In this document: one piece after another, positions 25,509-39,065 of the stretch
Numbering within the stretch: position 1 is the first letter of the stretch
Layout: each line of letters opens with the position of its first letter
From: Octopus vulgaris
Taxonomy: Eukaryota
Assembly (NCBI GenBank): GCA_951406725.2
Contig: OX597818.1
Span: 115,878,001-115,942,000, forward strand
DNA: 64,000 nt
Reading direction: 5' to 3'
The notes under the pieces: model-generated
What the model was told of the DNA's origin: nothing
What the model saw: only the letters and a program-made list of their open reading frames with translations
Database searches by the model: none
Translations under genes and position numbers: made by a program

Positions 25509-26656
25509 TCTTTAAAATAATATGTGCAGCTAGTGCTTTCTCTCTCCCTCCCCCCTCTTTCTTTCCCTCCCCCTCTCTCTTCCTCTCTTTATCTCTGGGT
25601 ATATATGTATATATATTTATTGAACCTCACAAAGGCAATGACTTGTGACTGAGACCTCTGGCAATGTGCTGTGCTTGAGAGGGCCCGACAAGCCAAGTGG
25701 ACCCAGCTGGTGGCACATAAAGAACACCTTTCAAGTAGCAAAGTGGCTGAGTTCCTTTTAGGCATTGGGCCTCACGGAAGCAATGACTGAACCTTTGGCA
25801 TTATGTCATGCTTGAGAAGATCCATCAAGCCAAGCAAAGTTGCACTTGTCGCAGATACCGGTGTCAGGCAAATTGACACCGATGTGGGTGGCACATAAAA
25901 ACACCCTGTCATGCAAATAGCACATAAAAGCCCCATTACACTCTTGGAGTGGTTGGCGTTTAGGAAGGGCATGCAGCCGTAGAAAACGATGCAAAATCAG
26001 ACTTGAGGATGGTGCAGCTTACCAGCCCAGTTAAGCCATCCAACCCATGCCAGCATGGACAATGGATATTAAATGATGATGATGATGATGACATGAACAC
26101 ACACATACAGAGGCACAGGTGTGGTTGTTCATAAGAGGTTTGCTTCCTATTCACGTGGTCTCAAATTCTGTTCCACTGCATGGCCCCTTAGGGCAAATGT
26201 CTTCTACTGTAGCCCCCGACTATGATCTAGTTTATGTGAGGGGTTTGAACCCTAATTGCCACAATGCTAGTAACTTAACTACCATTATTAAATTAGTTTT
26301 TGCAACCTGGAATTTTGATTGAAGATTTTAATTTAGATCTTTAAAACAGGAAATTTATATCATAGAACCAGGATTGGTATGAATGGGTCAAATTACATTG
26401 CTTTCATTTTTGGATAAAGGGCCAATGCTGTGGATTATGGAAGAGTCAGAAAATGGGAAATATGGCATTTGTATGTTATGATTATTTTCTTTATTGCAAC
26501 TTGTAGACAGTGATGTCATTGATGATAGATCTGTAAAGGGACCAGTTAAGGGAACACTGCCTTTCTGATTGTTATGGTGACAAGGCATTGTCTAAGTTGA
26601 GGGAACAAATATCATGTATGGTACACACACACACACACACAAACACACAGAAGCAA

Positions 26657-26827
26657 TGGTCAGTATATAAAGTACTCAGATTTTATTGTCTGAACTACAT
26701 TGGAAGCCTGAAGTACTTTCAGGCAGATAGTGTTTGTATATATATACTTGACCTGACAGTAAAGTTCTCCAGGTACATAGTGCTCAGGTTAACTTATGTA
26801 TCTGTGTCTCCAGAGCCTGGTATAAAG
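26657..26827 (+). ncRNA. Box H/ACA snoRNA candidate, copy 4
   Basis: 171 nt. Variant lies in the apical loop. Confidence 0.72.
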
Positions 26828-27690
26828 TCTTTTTAAAGTAATATGTGTAGCGAGTGCCCTCTCTCTCTCTCTCTGGGTATATATATATATAAGAGACCAA
26901 GGTGTACGTACGGTGCTATATGTATATAAAAAAGAATACAAAAAAGGGACAATAAAACAAGGACAGGTCATTTGGAGTTTTCTTTCATAAGTTGAATCCA
27001 GATTATCTTTGCAGTTTCGGCTGGTTATACTTGGGACTATTCTAATCTGGCCAGCCCCAAAGGAAGTCTAAGCTAAGAGCACTAGATTCCTAGGTAGAAA
27101 GCGGTGAATGTATACGAATACAAGGATGGGGGAAAAAAATGGAGAAATGTTACACAAATACAAATGCAAACAACAGGTGTCTTTTGACTAAGGAAGAATT
27201 AAATTATGACATAAGAGATGACAGGCATGGGAAGGGATATAGATATTGCATGGGTGGTAGTCAAACCAAGAAAGGTCAGGCTTTGCTGAACACTGGTCAC
27301 ATGGAAGGAGAGGAGAGAGGTAGAGGCAGATGGATAGAAGAATTAGGGAGTGACAAGAAAAAAAGAAAAGGGACAAAGTGAAGTGAAAGAGGAGGGAAGG
27401 TGAAAATGATGAGAAGGCTAGGAAATGTGAGAGAGGGAGAGCAAAAGAACGATGTGTGAAGGGGCTGATTGAAAGAATGAAAGGAGCAGTCCCAAGTATA
27501 ACCAGCCAAAACTGCAAAGATAATCTGGAACTTGACTGAGTTCTTTATTGCAACTTGTAGACAGTGATGTGATTGATGACAGGTCTGTAAAGGGACCAGT
27601 TAATGGGTCACTGCCTTTTTGATTGTTATGGCAACAAGATATTGTCTAAGTTGATGGAACAAATATCATGTATGGTACACACACACACAA

Positions 27691-27861
27691 TGGTCAGTAT
27701 ATAAAGTACTCAGATTTTATTGTCTGAACTACATTGGAAGCCGGAAGTACTTTCAGGCAGATAGTGTTTGTATATATATACTTGACCTGACAGTAAAGTT
27801 CTCCAGGTACATAGTGCTCAGGTTAACTTGTGTATCTGTGTCTCCAGAGCCTGGTATAAAT
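27691..27861 (+). ncRNA. Box H/ACA snoRNA candidate, copy 5
   Basis: 171 nt. One mismatch in an inserted 5' stem. Confidence 0.7.
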
Positions 27862-27887
27862 TCTATAATATAATGTGTAGCTTTCGC

Positions 27888-27927
<40 letters not shown>

Positions 27928-29015
27928 CTTTCTTTCACTCTCTCTGGGTATATATGTATATATAATTCTATTTCTTGAACCGCACAGAGGCAATGACTTG
28001 TGACCAAGACGTTTGTCTATGTGCTGTGCTTGAGAGGGCCCGACAAGCCAAGTGGACTCATGCTGGTGGCACATAAAGGACACATTTCAAGTAGCAAAGT
28101 GGCTGAGTTTCTTTCGGGCTTTGGGCCTTAGGGAAGCAATGACTGAGACCTTTAGCATTATGTCATGCTTGAGAAGATCCATCAAGCCAAGCAAAGTCGC
28201 AGTTGTGGTAGATAACAGTGTCGGGCAAATTGATACCCATACCAGTGGCACGTAAAAGTACTTTGGTGTCATGCAAATGGCACGTAAAAGCACCCATTAC
28301 AGTCTTGGAGTGGTTGGCGTTTAGGAAGGGCATCCAGCCATAGACAACGATGGCAAATCAGACTCGAGTCTGGTGCAGCTTACCAGCTTACCTGTCAAAC
28401 CATCCAACCCATGTCAGCATGGACGATGGATGTTAAATGATGATGATGACTTGTGGGCACACACACACACACACACACACAGAGGCACTGGTGTAGTTGT
28501 TCATAAGAGGTTTGCTTCCTATTCACATGGTCTCAAATTCTGTTCCACTGCATGGCCCCTTAGGGCAAATGTCTTCTACTGTAGCCCCCGACTATGATCT
28601 AGTTTATGTGAGGGCTTTGAACCCTAATTGCTACAATGCTGGTAACTTAATTGCCATTTATAAACTAGTTTTTGCAACCTGGAATTTTGATTGAAGATTT
28701 TAATTTAGATCTTTAAAACACGAAATTTATATCATAGGACCAGGGTTAGTATGAAAAGGGTCAAATTACATTGCTTTCATTTTTGGATAAAGTGCCAATG
28801 CTATGGATTATGGAAGAGTCAGAAAATGGGGAATACGGCATTTGTATGTTATGATTATTTTCTTTATTTCAACTTGTACACAGTGATATCATTGATCACA
28901 GATCTGTAAAGGGACCAGTTAAGGGGTCTCTACCTCTCTGAATGTTATGGCGACAAGATAGTGTCTAAGTTGAGGAAGCAAATATAATGTATAGTACACA
29001 CACACACACAAGCAA

Positions 29016-29186
29016 TGGTCAGTATATAAAGTACTCAGATTTTATTGTCTGAACTACATTGGAAGCCTGAAGTATTTTCAGGCAGATAGTGTTTGTATAT
29101 ATATACTTGACCTGACAGTAAAGTTCTCCAGGTACATAGTGCTCAGGTTAACTTGTGTATCTGTGTCTCCAGAGCCTGGTATAAAT
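29016..29186 (+). ncRNA. Box H/ACA snoRNA candidate, copy 6
   Basis: 171 nt. Only a loop variant, although its upstream flank is strongly diverged. Confidence 0.72.
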
Positions 29187-29213
29187 TCTTTAAAATAATA
29201 TGTGTAGCTAGTG

Positions 29214-29249
<36 letters not shown>

Positions 29250-30292
29250 CTGGGTATATATATATATATGTATATTTATATCTATTGAATCTCACAGAAG
29301 CAATGACATGTAACCAAGACCTTTGGCAATGTGGTGTGCTTGAGAGGGCCCGACAAGCCTAGTGGACCCATGCTGGTGACACATAAAGAACTCCTTTCGA
29401 GTGGCATAGTGGCTTTGAGCATTAGGCCTCTCAGAAGCAATGACTGAGACCTTTGACATTATGTCATGCTTGAGAAAACCCATCAAGCCAAGCAAAATTG
29501 CAGTTGTCACAGATACCAGTGTCAGACAAATTGGCACCCTTGCCAGTGGCACATAAAAACACCCTGGGGTCATGCAAATAGCACATAAAAGCACCCATTA
29601 TACTTTTGGAGTGGTTTGGCATTTAGGAAGGGCATCCAGCCATAGAAAACAATAGAAAATCAGACTTGAGTCTGGTGCAGCTTACCAGCCAAACCATCCA
29701 ACCCATGCCAGCATGGACAATGGATATTAAATGATGACGATGATACACACACACACACACAGAGGCACAGGTGTGGTTGTTCACAAGAAGTTTGCTTCCT
29801 ATTCACATGGTTTCAAATTCTGTTCCATTGCATGGTACCTTAGGGTAAATGTCTTCTACTGTAGCCCCCGACTATGATCTAGTTTATGTGAGGGCTTTGA
29901 ACCCTAATTGCCACAATGCTGGTAACTTAATTGCCATTATTAAACTAGTTTTTGCAACCTGGAATTTTGATTGAAGATTTTAATTTAGATCTTTAAAACA
30001 GGAAATTTATATCATAGAACCAGGGTTTGTATTAAAAGGGTCAAATTACGTTGCTTTCATTTTTGGATAAAGGGCCAATGCTGTGGATTATGGAAGAGTC
30101 AGAAAATGGGAAAATATGGCATTTGTATGTTATGATTATTTTCTTTATTGCAATTTGTAAACAGTGATATCATTGATGACAGATCTGTAAAGGGACCAGT
30201 TAAGGGGACACTGCCTTTCTGATTGTTATAGTGACAAGGCATTGTCTAAGTTGTGGGAACAAATATTATGTATGGTACACACACACACACAC

Positions 30293-30463
30293 TGGTCAGT
30301 GTATAAAGTACTCAGATTTTATTGTCTGAACTACATTGGAAGCCTGAAGTACTTTCAGGCAGATAGTGTTTGTATATATATACTTGACCTGACAGTAAAG
30401 TTCTCCAGGTACATAGTGCTCAGGTTAACTCGTGTATCTGTGTCTCCAGAGCCTGGTATAAAC
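30293..30463 (+). ncRNA. Box H/ACA snoRNA candidate, copy 7
   Basis: 171 nt. A-U to G-U change in the 5' stem and an apical-loop variant. Confidence 0.72.
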
Positions 30464-31001
30464 TCTTTAAAATAATATGTGTAACTAGTGCCCGCTGTCT
30501 CTGTCTCTTTCTCTCCACTCACCCACACACCCACCAGCCAGGTAACCTTGTACCTCCTCTACAGCAAGACACCTGCTTCTTTCTCTCTATAACCTTTCAT
30601 CATCCGACACAAGAACATCTCTTCCAATGACTTCTCCGCTCTCAAAAGAGATTGTTTTTCCTCTTGTAAGTACCTGGTAGCCCTGTCAGTGCAGGTGCCA
30701 CTTAAAAGCACCCAGTCCACACTGTAAAATGGTTTTGGCGTTTGGAATGAAGGCAACCAGCGGTAAAAACCTAGCCAAAACTGACCTCGCTTGTGCTTGT
30801 GCCACGTAAGAAGTGCCTAATCCCCTCTGCTGAATGGTTGGTGATAGGAAAGGCATCCAGCTGTAAAAATCCTGCCAAAACAGTTACAGAAACCTGGTGC
30901 AGGCTTCTGCCTGGTTGGCTCTTGTGAAACCATCCCACCCATGCCAGCATGGAAGGCAGACGTTAAACGATAGTGATGATGATGATGGATGTGTGTGTGT
31001 G

Positions 31002-31039
<38 letters not shown>

Positions 31040-31536
31040 AACACACACTGATACATCATTTACGACAAGGGTTCCAGTAGATGTGATCAACAGAGCAGCC
31101 TACTCATGAAATTAACATGCATGTGGCTGAGTACTGCACAGACAAACGTAGCCTTAATGTAGTACTCTGAGAGATTCAGTGTGATGCAGAATGGGAAAAG
31201 GCTGGCCCCTTTGAAATACAAGTACAAATCATTTTTACCAGCTGAGTGGACTGGAGCAATGTGAAATATAAGTAACTTGCTCAAGGGGCACAGTGCGCTG
31301 CTGGGAACCAAACTCATGACCTTATGATCATGAGACAAACACCTTAACCACTAAGCCATGTACCTACACACACACACACACATGCATGCATATATGTAAA
31401 TATCGTTGTTTTGACATCCACTTTTCAGGTTGAGTTTAGTGAAGCAGATTTTCTGTGTGCGGACCAACCCTCACCTGTTACTAAGCAAGGTAATATTTTC
31501 CCCATGACCAGAAATGTTTTCACAGAATATTGGAAA

Positions 31537-31900
31537 CTAGTACTATGACCCGGCAACGCCGGGTCATAGTGCTAGTGCATGCATATACAGCTGCGTGCAC
31601 ACATACACGCGAGTACTGTCCAAATCTCCGACCAGTCACATACAGCTAGCTGGCATTCAATTGGCGTATCAGGTTTCGGGCATTTTGATTGGGTTTTGGA
31701 TAGAAAATTCACAAAAAAGTCACTTCTATTGATTTTTTAATGGCTTTGCGAGGTGACTGGGGAAATGTAAAGACGTGCACAACCACCCTTGGACGGTTTT
31801 GAATGACCATAGAAAGTGCGAGCCCTCTAACTGAAAAATTGTGGATTTGTATAAAGGACACACACAAACACAGACACATTTTTCGTTTAATATATAGAGA
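31537..31900 (-). mobile_element. Non-autonomous Helitron-like element
   Basis: On the minus strand: A|TCTCTATATA 5' end, subterminal GC hairpin (TGACCCGGC-gtt-GCCGGGTCA) and CTAG|T 3' end. Similar 5' ends at ~48565(-) and ~55136(+). Confidence 0.65.
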
Positions 31901-31967
31901 TGACTGATATTCATTTACAGCACTAGCCCAATGCCAAGACACACAAACACAGACCCACGTACATATA

Positions 31968-32672
31968 CAGGGTCTGATGAATAAGTATCTGGAATGCTGC
32001 CATAGTAACACAGCTAAAACATGTAGACTGAAGCCGCTTGGCAAATATTGAGGTTGAACCCTGCTGTGCATGCGCATTAAGTTTTAACGCTCTAGCTCAC
32101 TTCCACTGTTTACAGCCGTGCTTGGAAGGAACATGTGTAGCGTGTGATCGTTGCATTGACCATAACAGAGAAAGTTGTCATGGCGATACCTGCTCAGAGG
32201 CCTGCGCAAAGTTGCAGAAAGTGTATAGAGAGGAGTGTATGAGCTGCACACAAGTGTATGAGTGGTTCAGACGTTTCCAAGATGGCCAAAAAAATGTCAA
32301 TATTGATGAACGTTCTGGGAGACCCGCAACCAGCAGAACTGAGAAAAACATTGCAGATTAGTTATGGTTCAGTTCGGTCCATTATCACTGAAGATTTTGG
32401 TATGCGAGGCGTGTCTGCCAACTTTGTGCTAGAACTGCTTTCAGCTGACCAAAAAGCTACTCGGGTTTCAGTTACACAAGATCTCCTTGATTATGGTGAG
32501 AATGATGAAAAATTTTTGAAAACTTGGCTTAGGCCTCTGAGCAAATATAGCCAAGCTTTTGTCAAAATTTGATGCAGATTCTCTGCTCAACTTCCTCTGT
32601 CATGGTCAATGCAACAATCACATGCTACACACCTTCCTTCCAAGCACTGCTGTCAACAGCAGAAGTGAGCTA
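31968..32672 (+). mobile_element. Defective mariner element with inverted duplication of its 5' region
   Basis: TA|CAGGGTCTGATGAATAAG start. HTH remnants QVYEWFRRFQDG..DERSGRP and ISYGSVRSII..VSANFVLELL. 32521-32672 is a reverse copy encoding MTEEVEQRICIKF*QKLG. Confidence 0.85.
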
Positions 32673-32901
32673 TAAATATTCCTTCTTATTTCTGTCTCTT
32701 AAATATTCCTTTTTACTTCTCTTTTCAGATTGAAATGTTTTTGTGAGACCTGTTACCATTTCAATAACACCAGTTATAACTTCCTCTTTTTCGAGAAAGA
32801 CAAAGATCCCATCAACCAACAGAGCCTTTTTTTTCAATCATTGTGTTATAAAATACGTGGTTAGGCACAACAAGGGAGATCATAGCTCCACTATACAGTA
32901 A

Positions 32902-34431
<1,530 letters not shown>

Positions 34432-34997
34432 CTAATTTTCACTTTCTGGCCCTACTCCACACCCCGAAATCTCTGTTGCTCACTGCTCCATCATTTTCTT
34501 TCTTCTGCTCTTAATCTTTTTAGCTATTCACTGTAGCATCGACAGCATCTTGAAACTGATGTCGGTAGTGTGTGATTAGCTGGCTGTGAGAAAGATGGCT
34601 ACCTGCTTCAACCACATTTAGCTGTTATTATTATGTCTGACCTGGAAAATGCCTTTGTATACATTTGTGCAAAAGTGTTACCTAGAAAAAAAAAACATTG
34701 AATTTGCTTGTTGATGATACATATATGCTTGCATGCATGCGTGTATGTATGTCCCTAATAGATGTTTATATTTGTGTATAAATGATAAAAAGTAGAAAAC
34801 ACATGCAGAGAAAAACACTGAGATGAGTTTTTTTATTGTCTTATTTGAATCATTCTTTTGTATGTGGATGGGTGAGTCTCTGCGAAGAATTTTTCTTGTC
34901 GATGTTTGAATATAAAACTTGTGTATGCATAGATTATGTTTATATATGCATGAATTAAAAAGGTTTGTGTATGAGTGTAATACATACATATACACAT

Positions 34998-35464
34998 ATA
35001 TACTGTATATTGAAATAATAGCATGCAATTCAATATCAAAAAAAATTCCTCACGAAGGTATATATGTCTAAAATAGCATTGTATTAAAAAATATATGTAA
35101 ATATGTAAAAATTTGTTAATTAGAAGAATGCCTTCCATCTCATTCTTTTTTTTAAGTCATTGGTTTTCTGAAGTAAGGATAATAAATATGTGTTCTTACA
35201 AGGAATCGGTATATCTTTAAGTGAAATTCCCAGATATTGCTTTTCCATGTTTAATAAATTCAGTACTAAGTGCTCTTTCTAAATAGAGAGCACAATATGT
35301 AACATTAATTAAAGGCATTCTTCTAATTAACAAATTTTTAAGCGGTCATGTTTCATATATTTATATATATATATTTTAATACAATACTAATTTAGGCATA
35401 TATATCTTCATGAGAAATTCTTTTGATATTAAATTTCATGCTATTATTTCAAAATACAGTATAT
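34998..35464. repeat. Long inverted repeat downstream of KAT5 stop
   Basis: Arms 34998-35134 and 35312-35464, including a perfect 28-bp stretch (aaaaatttgttaattagaagaatgcctt). Confidence 0.85.
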
Positions 35465-38400
35465 TTATAATCGCTCATATTAATGTCTAAATACTTGATA
35501 GTATTAATATTTTTGACATTTTATACAAAGAGCACTCATTATAAATTCAGTGTATAATATTCTAACAGAATATATTTAATTAATGATACATATAGACATA
35601 GTCGTAGCTGTGTGGTAAGTTAGCTTCCCAACTATATGGTCGTGGGTTCAATCCCATTGTGTGGTACTTTGAGTGTCTTCTGCTATAGCCTCAGGCTGAC
35701 TAAAATTTTGTGACTGGATTCAGTAGGTGGAAACTGTAAGAAGCCCATCATATATATATATATATGTGTGTGTGTGTATGTCATTATGTCTGTGTTTGCT
35801 CCCCAGTCTTGGTGTGATTTTGACCCTGTGACATAGCAGTTTGGTAAAAGAGACTGATAGAATAAGTACCAGGCTTTAAAAAAAAGTTCTTCAAGTCACT
35901 ACTCCAGCATGGCTGCAGTCTAATGACTGAGAAAAGAAAGAAAAAGACTATATATGTGTGTCTGTGTAAATTTAGGAATCAAACATGAAAGCGACTCAAA
36001 ATCCAAAGGGGAGTCTGTATGAGTTAAAAATAACTATAGAGCAAATAGTTATAGTTTACTGATTTCATTTATTAGCAAAAAACTCTGCTTTCGCTAATTC
36101 AGCAGCTCGTCTGAAACTACTTCATCTGAGCTGTAATATTAGCAGAGTTTCTTCACTAAAACGTTATATCTTCAAATTATACAACTATATATGTGTGTGT
36201 GTGCTTGTATACATTTACATACACATATACACACTGTGTGTATGTGTACAACTGTAGACAAGCGATGTCAAACAAATGGTAATGGTAATTTTCATCAGAC
36301 ATGGTCCGACAGAGCAGTGCATTTATTTTCAGACAGTTTCTTTTTTTTTTCAAAGAACTCCTCCAATCACAAAAGTAGGATGTGTTCATATTCTAAACTA
36401 TGGTAAACGACACCAGATTCCATCACTTTGTTCATCTAGAAAAAATAAATTTGTTAATATACCTCTCAGTATATACATCATATTGGTGTGTCTTATTTTT
36501 CTTGTGAAATTATTTTGAAATTATTCCAGTTTTTCATGTGATATATCATTTTTATTTACCATTTCCTAAGGATTGAATTTTAGCATCCTCTTACCTGAGG
36601 CTGGGTGGCGGTTCATCACTGCTAAATTTGTTTTAGTTCTTTTTTAAGTCTTTTTATGTTACTTTTCTTCATGTAATTTTTTAATAATTACCAAAATGTT
36701 TTTTGTGATAATTTCGGATTTTTGAAGTTTAGATAACTGAGGTAAAGTTGAAATTTTAATTTGAAATAAAATTGTATATAGACGCTGGAATGGCTGTGTG
36801 ATAAGTAGCTTGCTTACCAACCACATGGTTCCAGGTCCAGTCCCACTGCGTGGCACCTAGGGGAGGTGTCTTCTACTATAGCCTTGGGCTGACCAAAGCC
36901 TTGTGAGTGAATTCGGAAGACGGAAACTGAAGGAAGCCCATCGTATGTATATATATATATATATGTGTGTGTATGTTTGTGTGTCTGTGTTTGTTCCCCC
37001 ACCATCGCTTGACAACTGATGTTGTGGTGTTTACATCCCCTTAACTTAGTGGTTCAGCAAAAGAGACTGATAGAATAAGCACAAAGAATAAGTCCTGGGG
37101 TCGATTTGATCGACTAAAGTTGGTGCTCCAGCATGGCCACAGTCAAATGACTGAAACAAATAAAAGAATAAATTAATTGTTGATTACTTAATGGCTGCCA
37201 AACTATCTTGTGGAGATAAATAGTACAGTCAGTACAAGAAGAGAATATTTTCTTTTTTCAAGGAATCGTGGCATGATGAGTGTTCCAGTTGATCCGATCA
37301 ATGGAACAACCTGCTCGTGAAATTAAAGTGTAAGTTAGCTGAGCACTCCAGACATATGTACCCTTAACGTAATTCTTATTTCTTTACTGCCCACAAGGGG
37401 CTAAACACAGAGAGGACAAACAGATTAAGTCGATTACATCGACTCCAGTGCATAACTGGTACTTAATTTATCGACCCCAAAAGGATGAAAGGCAAAGGCG
37501 ACTGCGGCGGAACTTGAACTCAGAACATGGGAGCAGACGAGATACCTATTTCGGTACTAGCCATAAGGGGCTAAACACAGAGGACAGACAAACGGATTAA
37601 GTTGATTATATCAACCCCAATGCGTAACTGGTACTTATTTAATCGACCCTGGAAGGATGAAAGGCAAAGTCGACCTCGGCAGAATTTGAACTCAGAACGT
37701 AGCGGCAGATGAAATACCGCTAACATTTCTGCCAGCTCGCCGCCTTGATTCTTGGGGAGATTCAGCATGACACAGATTGTGACAAGGCTGGCCCTTTGAA
37801 ATACAGGTACAACAGAAACAGGAAGAAAGATGTGGTGAAAGAGTACAGCAGGGTTCACCCCCCCCCCGCCAGAGCTTGAGGTGTTTTCATTCAATAAACA
37901 CTCACAACACCTGGTCTGGGAATCGAAACCACTAGTCTGCTGCTCTAACCACTTTCAAGGAATAGGAAGGCATGCTCTAGAGTAAATGGTAGGCTGGTCC
38001 TGTCAGTGAACCTGTTTCTGTTTTCTCTCTCAAATTTGTGCTTATAATGGTTAGTGCTACATTGTAACCATATCAGGCTATGTTCTTGGCATACTGGGAA
38101 TAGCATGAACAAAATCTCTCTGGATTCCAGGTGAAACAGTAATGAACAGCACACAGAAAAAGAAGACAAAATACTAAAAATACGTGGTTCTGGGTTCAAT
38201 CCTGCTGTGTGGCGTCTTGGGCAAATGTCTTTTACTTACAGCCCCAAGTCAACTAAAGCCTTGTGAATGGATTTGGTTGACGGAAACTGGAAGAAACTCC
38301 TCATATATTTGTGCTTTATCCCACACCACTTCCTGACAACCAATATTGGTTTGTTTATGTCCCATAACCTTAGTAGTTTGGCAAAAGAAGCTGATAGAAT

Positions 38401-38749
38401 AAGTACTGGGCTTTAAAAAAATTAAACACTTGAGTCAATTTGCTTAACCCTTGAAAGTTGATTCCAGTATGGCTGCAATCCAATGACTGAAATAAAAGAT
38501 ACCCCTGGTAGGTAGTGCTCCAGCTTAGCCACAATGCAATGGTTGAAAGAGCACTGTTTTTACTATTCTACAAATTTAGAGGAAAATAATACAGGATATG
38601 TTATTGAAATAGAATGGTGTACGATAAGTTAATTTAGTGGGATTGGGCTGGATTTAAACCAGCAATATGAGTGTGGCTTCTATGAAAGCTTTCTTTTCCT
38701 ATCTCTCTATATAGCTTAACCCCTCATTTGGATTGCTCTATCAAATGTT

Positions 38750-39065
38750 ATACACATTCAGTTCTATATTTAAGAGATGAGGAATTATGTACATTAAACG
38801 GATATTTGTCCACATCTTGTTTGTTGTTAACACAGCGTTTCGGCTGATATACCCTCCAGCCTTCATCAGGTGTCTTGAGGAAATTTCGAGCCTGGGTTCT
38901 CATTCCTAAGGTATTTTTCGATGTTATTATTATTAATGTCACTGCCTGGAATTGAACTTGGAACCTTGGGGTTAGTGGCACTTGCTCTTAACCACTCTGC
39001 CATATGCCCATGGGCATATGTTGTGTTAACTATAAACAAGATAAGGATAAATATCCATCAAATAT
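38750..39065 (-). mobile_element. Penelope-like pseudo-LTR with hammerhead-like motif (38829-38874)
   Basis: Minus strand GACAC-CTGATGA-A-GGCTG..CAGCC-GAAAC-GCT-GTGTT. Partial inverted copy at ~39020-39062. Confidence 0.6.

Larger units (their letters stand above)
22640..30495 (+). repeat. Complex tandem array (~1.05-1.3 kb period, 7 units) carrying snoRNA candidates
   Basis: Module B starts at ~22881, 24051, 25181, 26489, 27543, 28861 and 30143. Module order is ABC-ABD-BC-ABD-BC-ABC-AB (A = MITE-derived, C = SINE-derived, D = Penelope-like). Confidence 0.92.

Noticed and set aside
23006-30475. Recurrent short ORFs (..WSVYKVLRFYCLNYIGSLKYFQAD..) in array units
   Set aside because: Starts and frames vary with (CA)n length. 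Conservation is better explained by RNA structure.
22640-30495. CRISPR-like repeat/spacer reading of the array
   Set aside because: Eukaryotic context, kb-scale units, homologous rather than unique spacers, and no cas genes.
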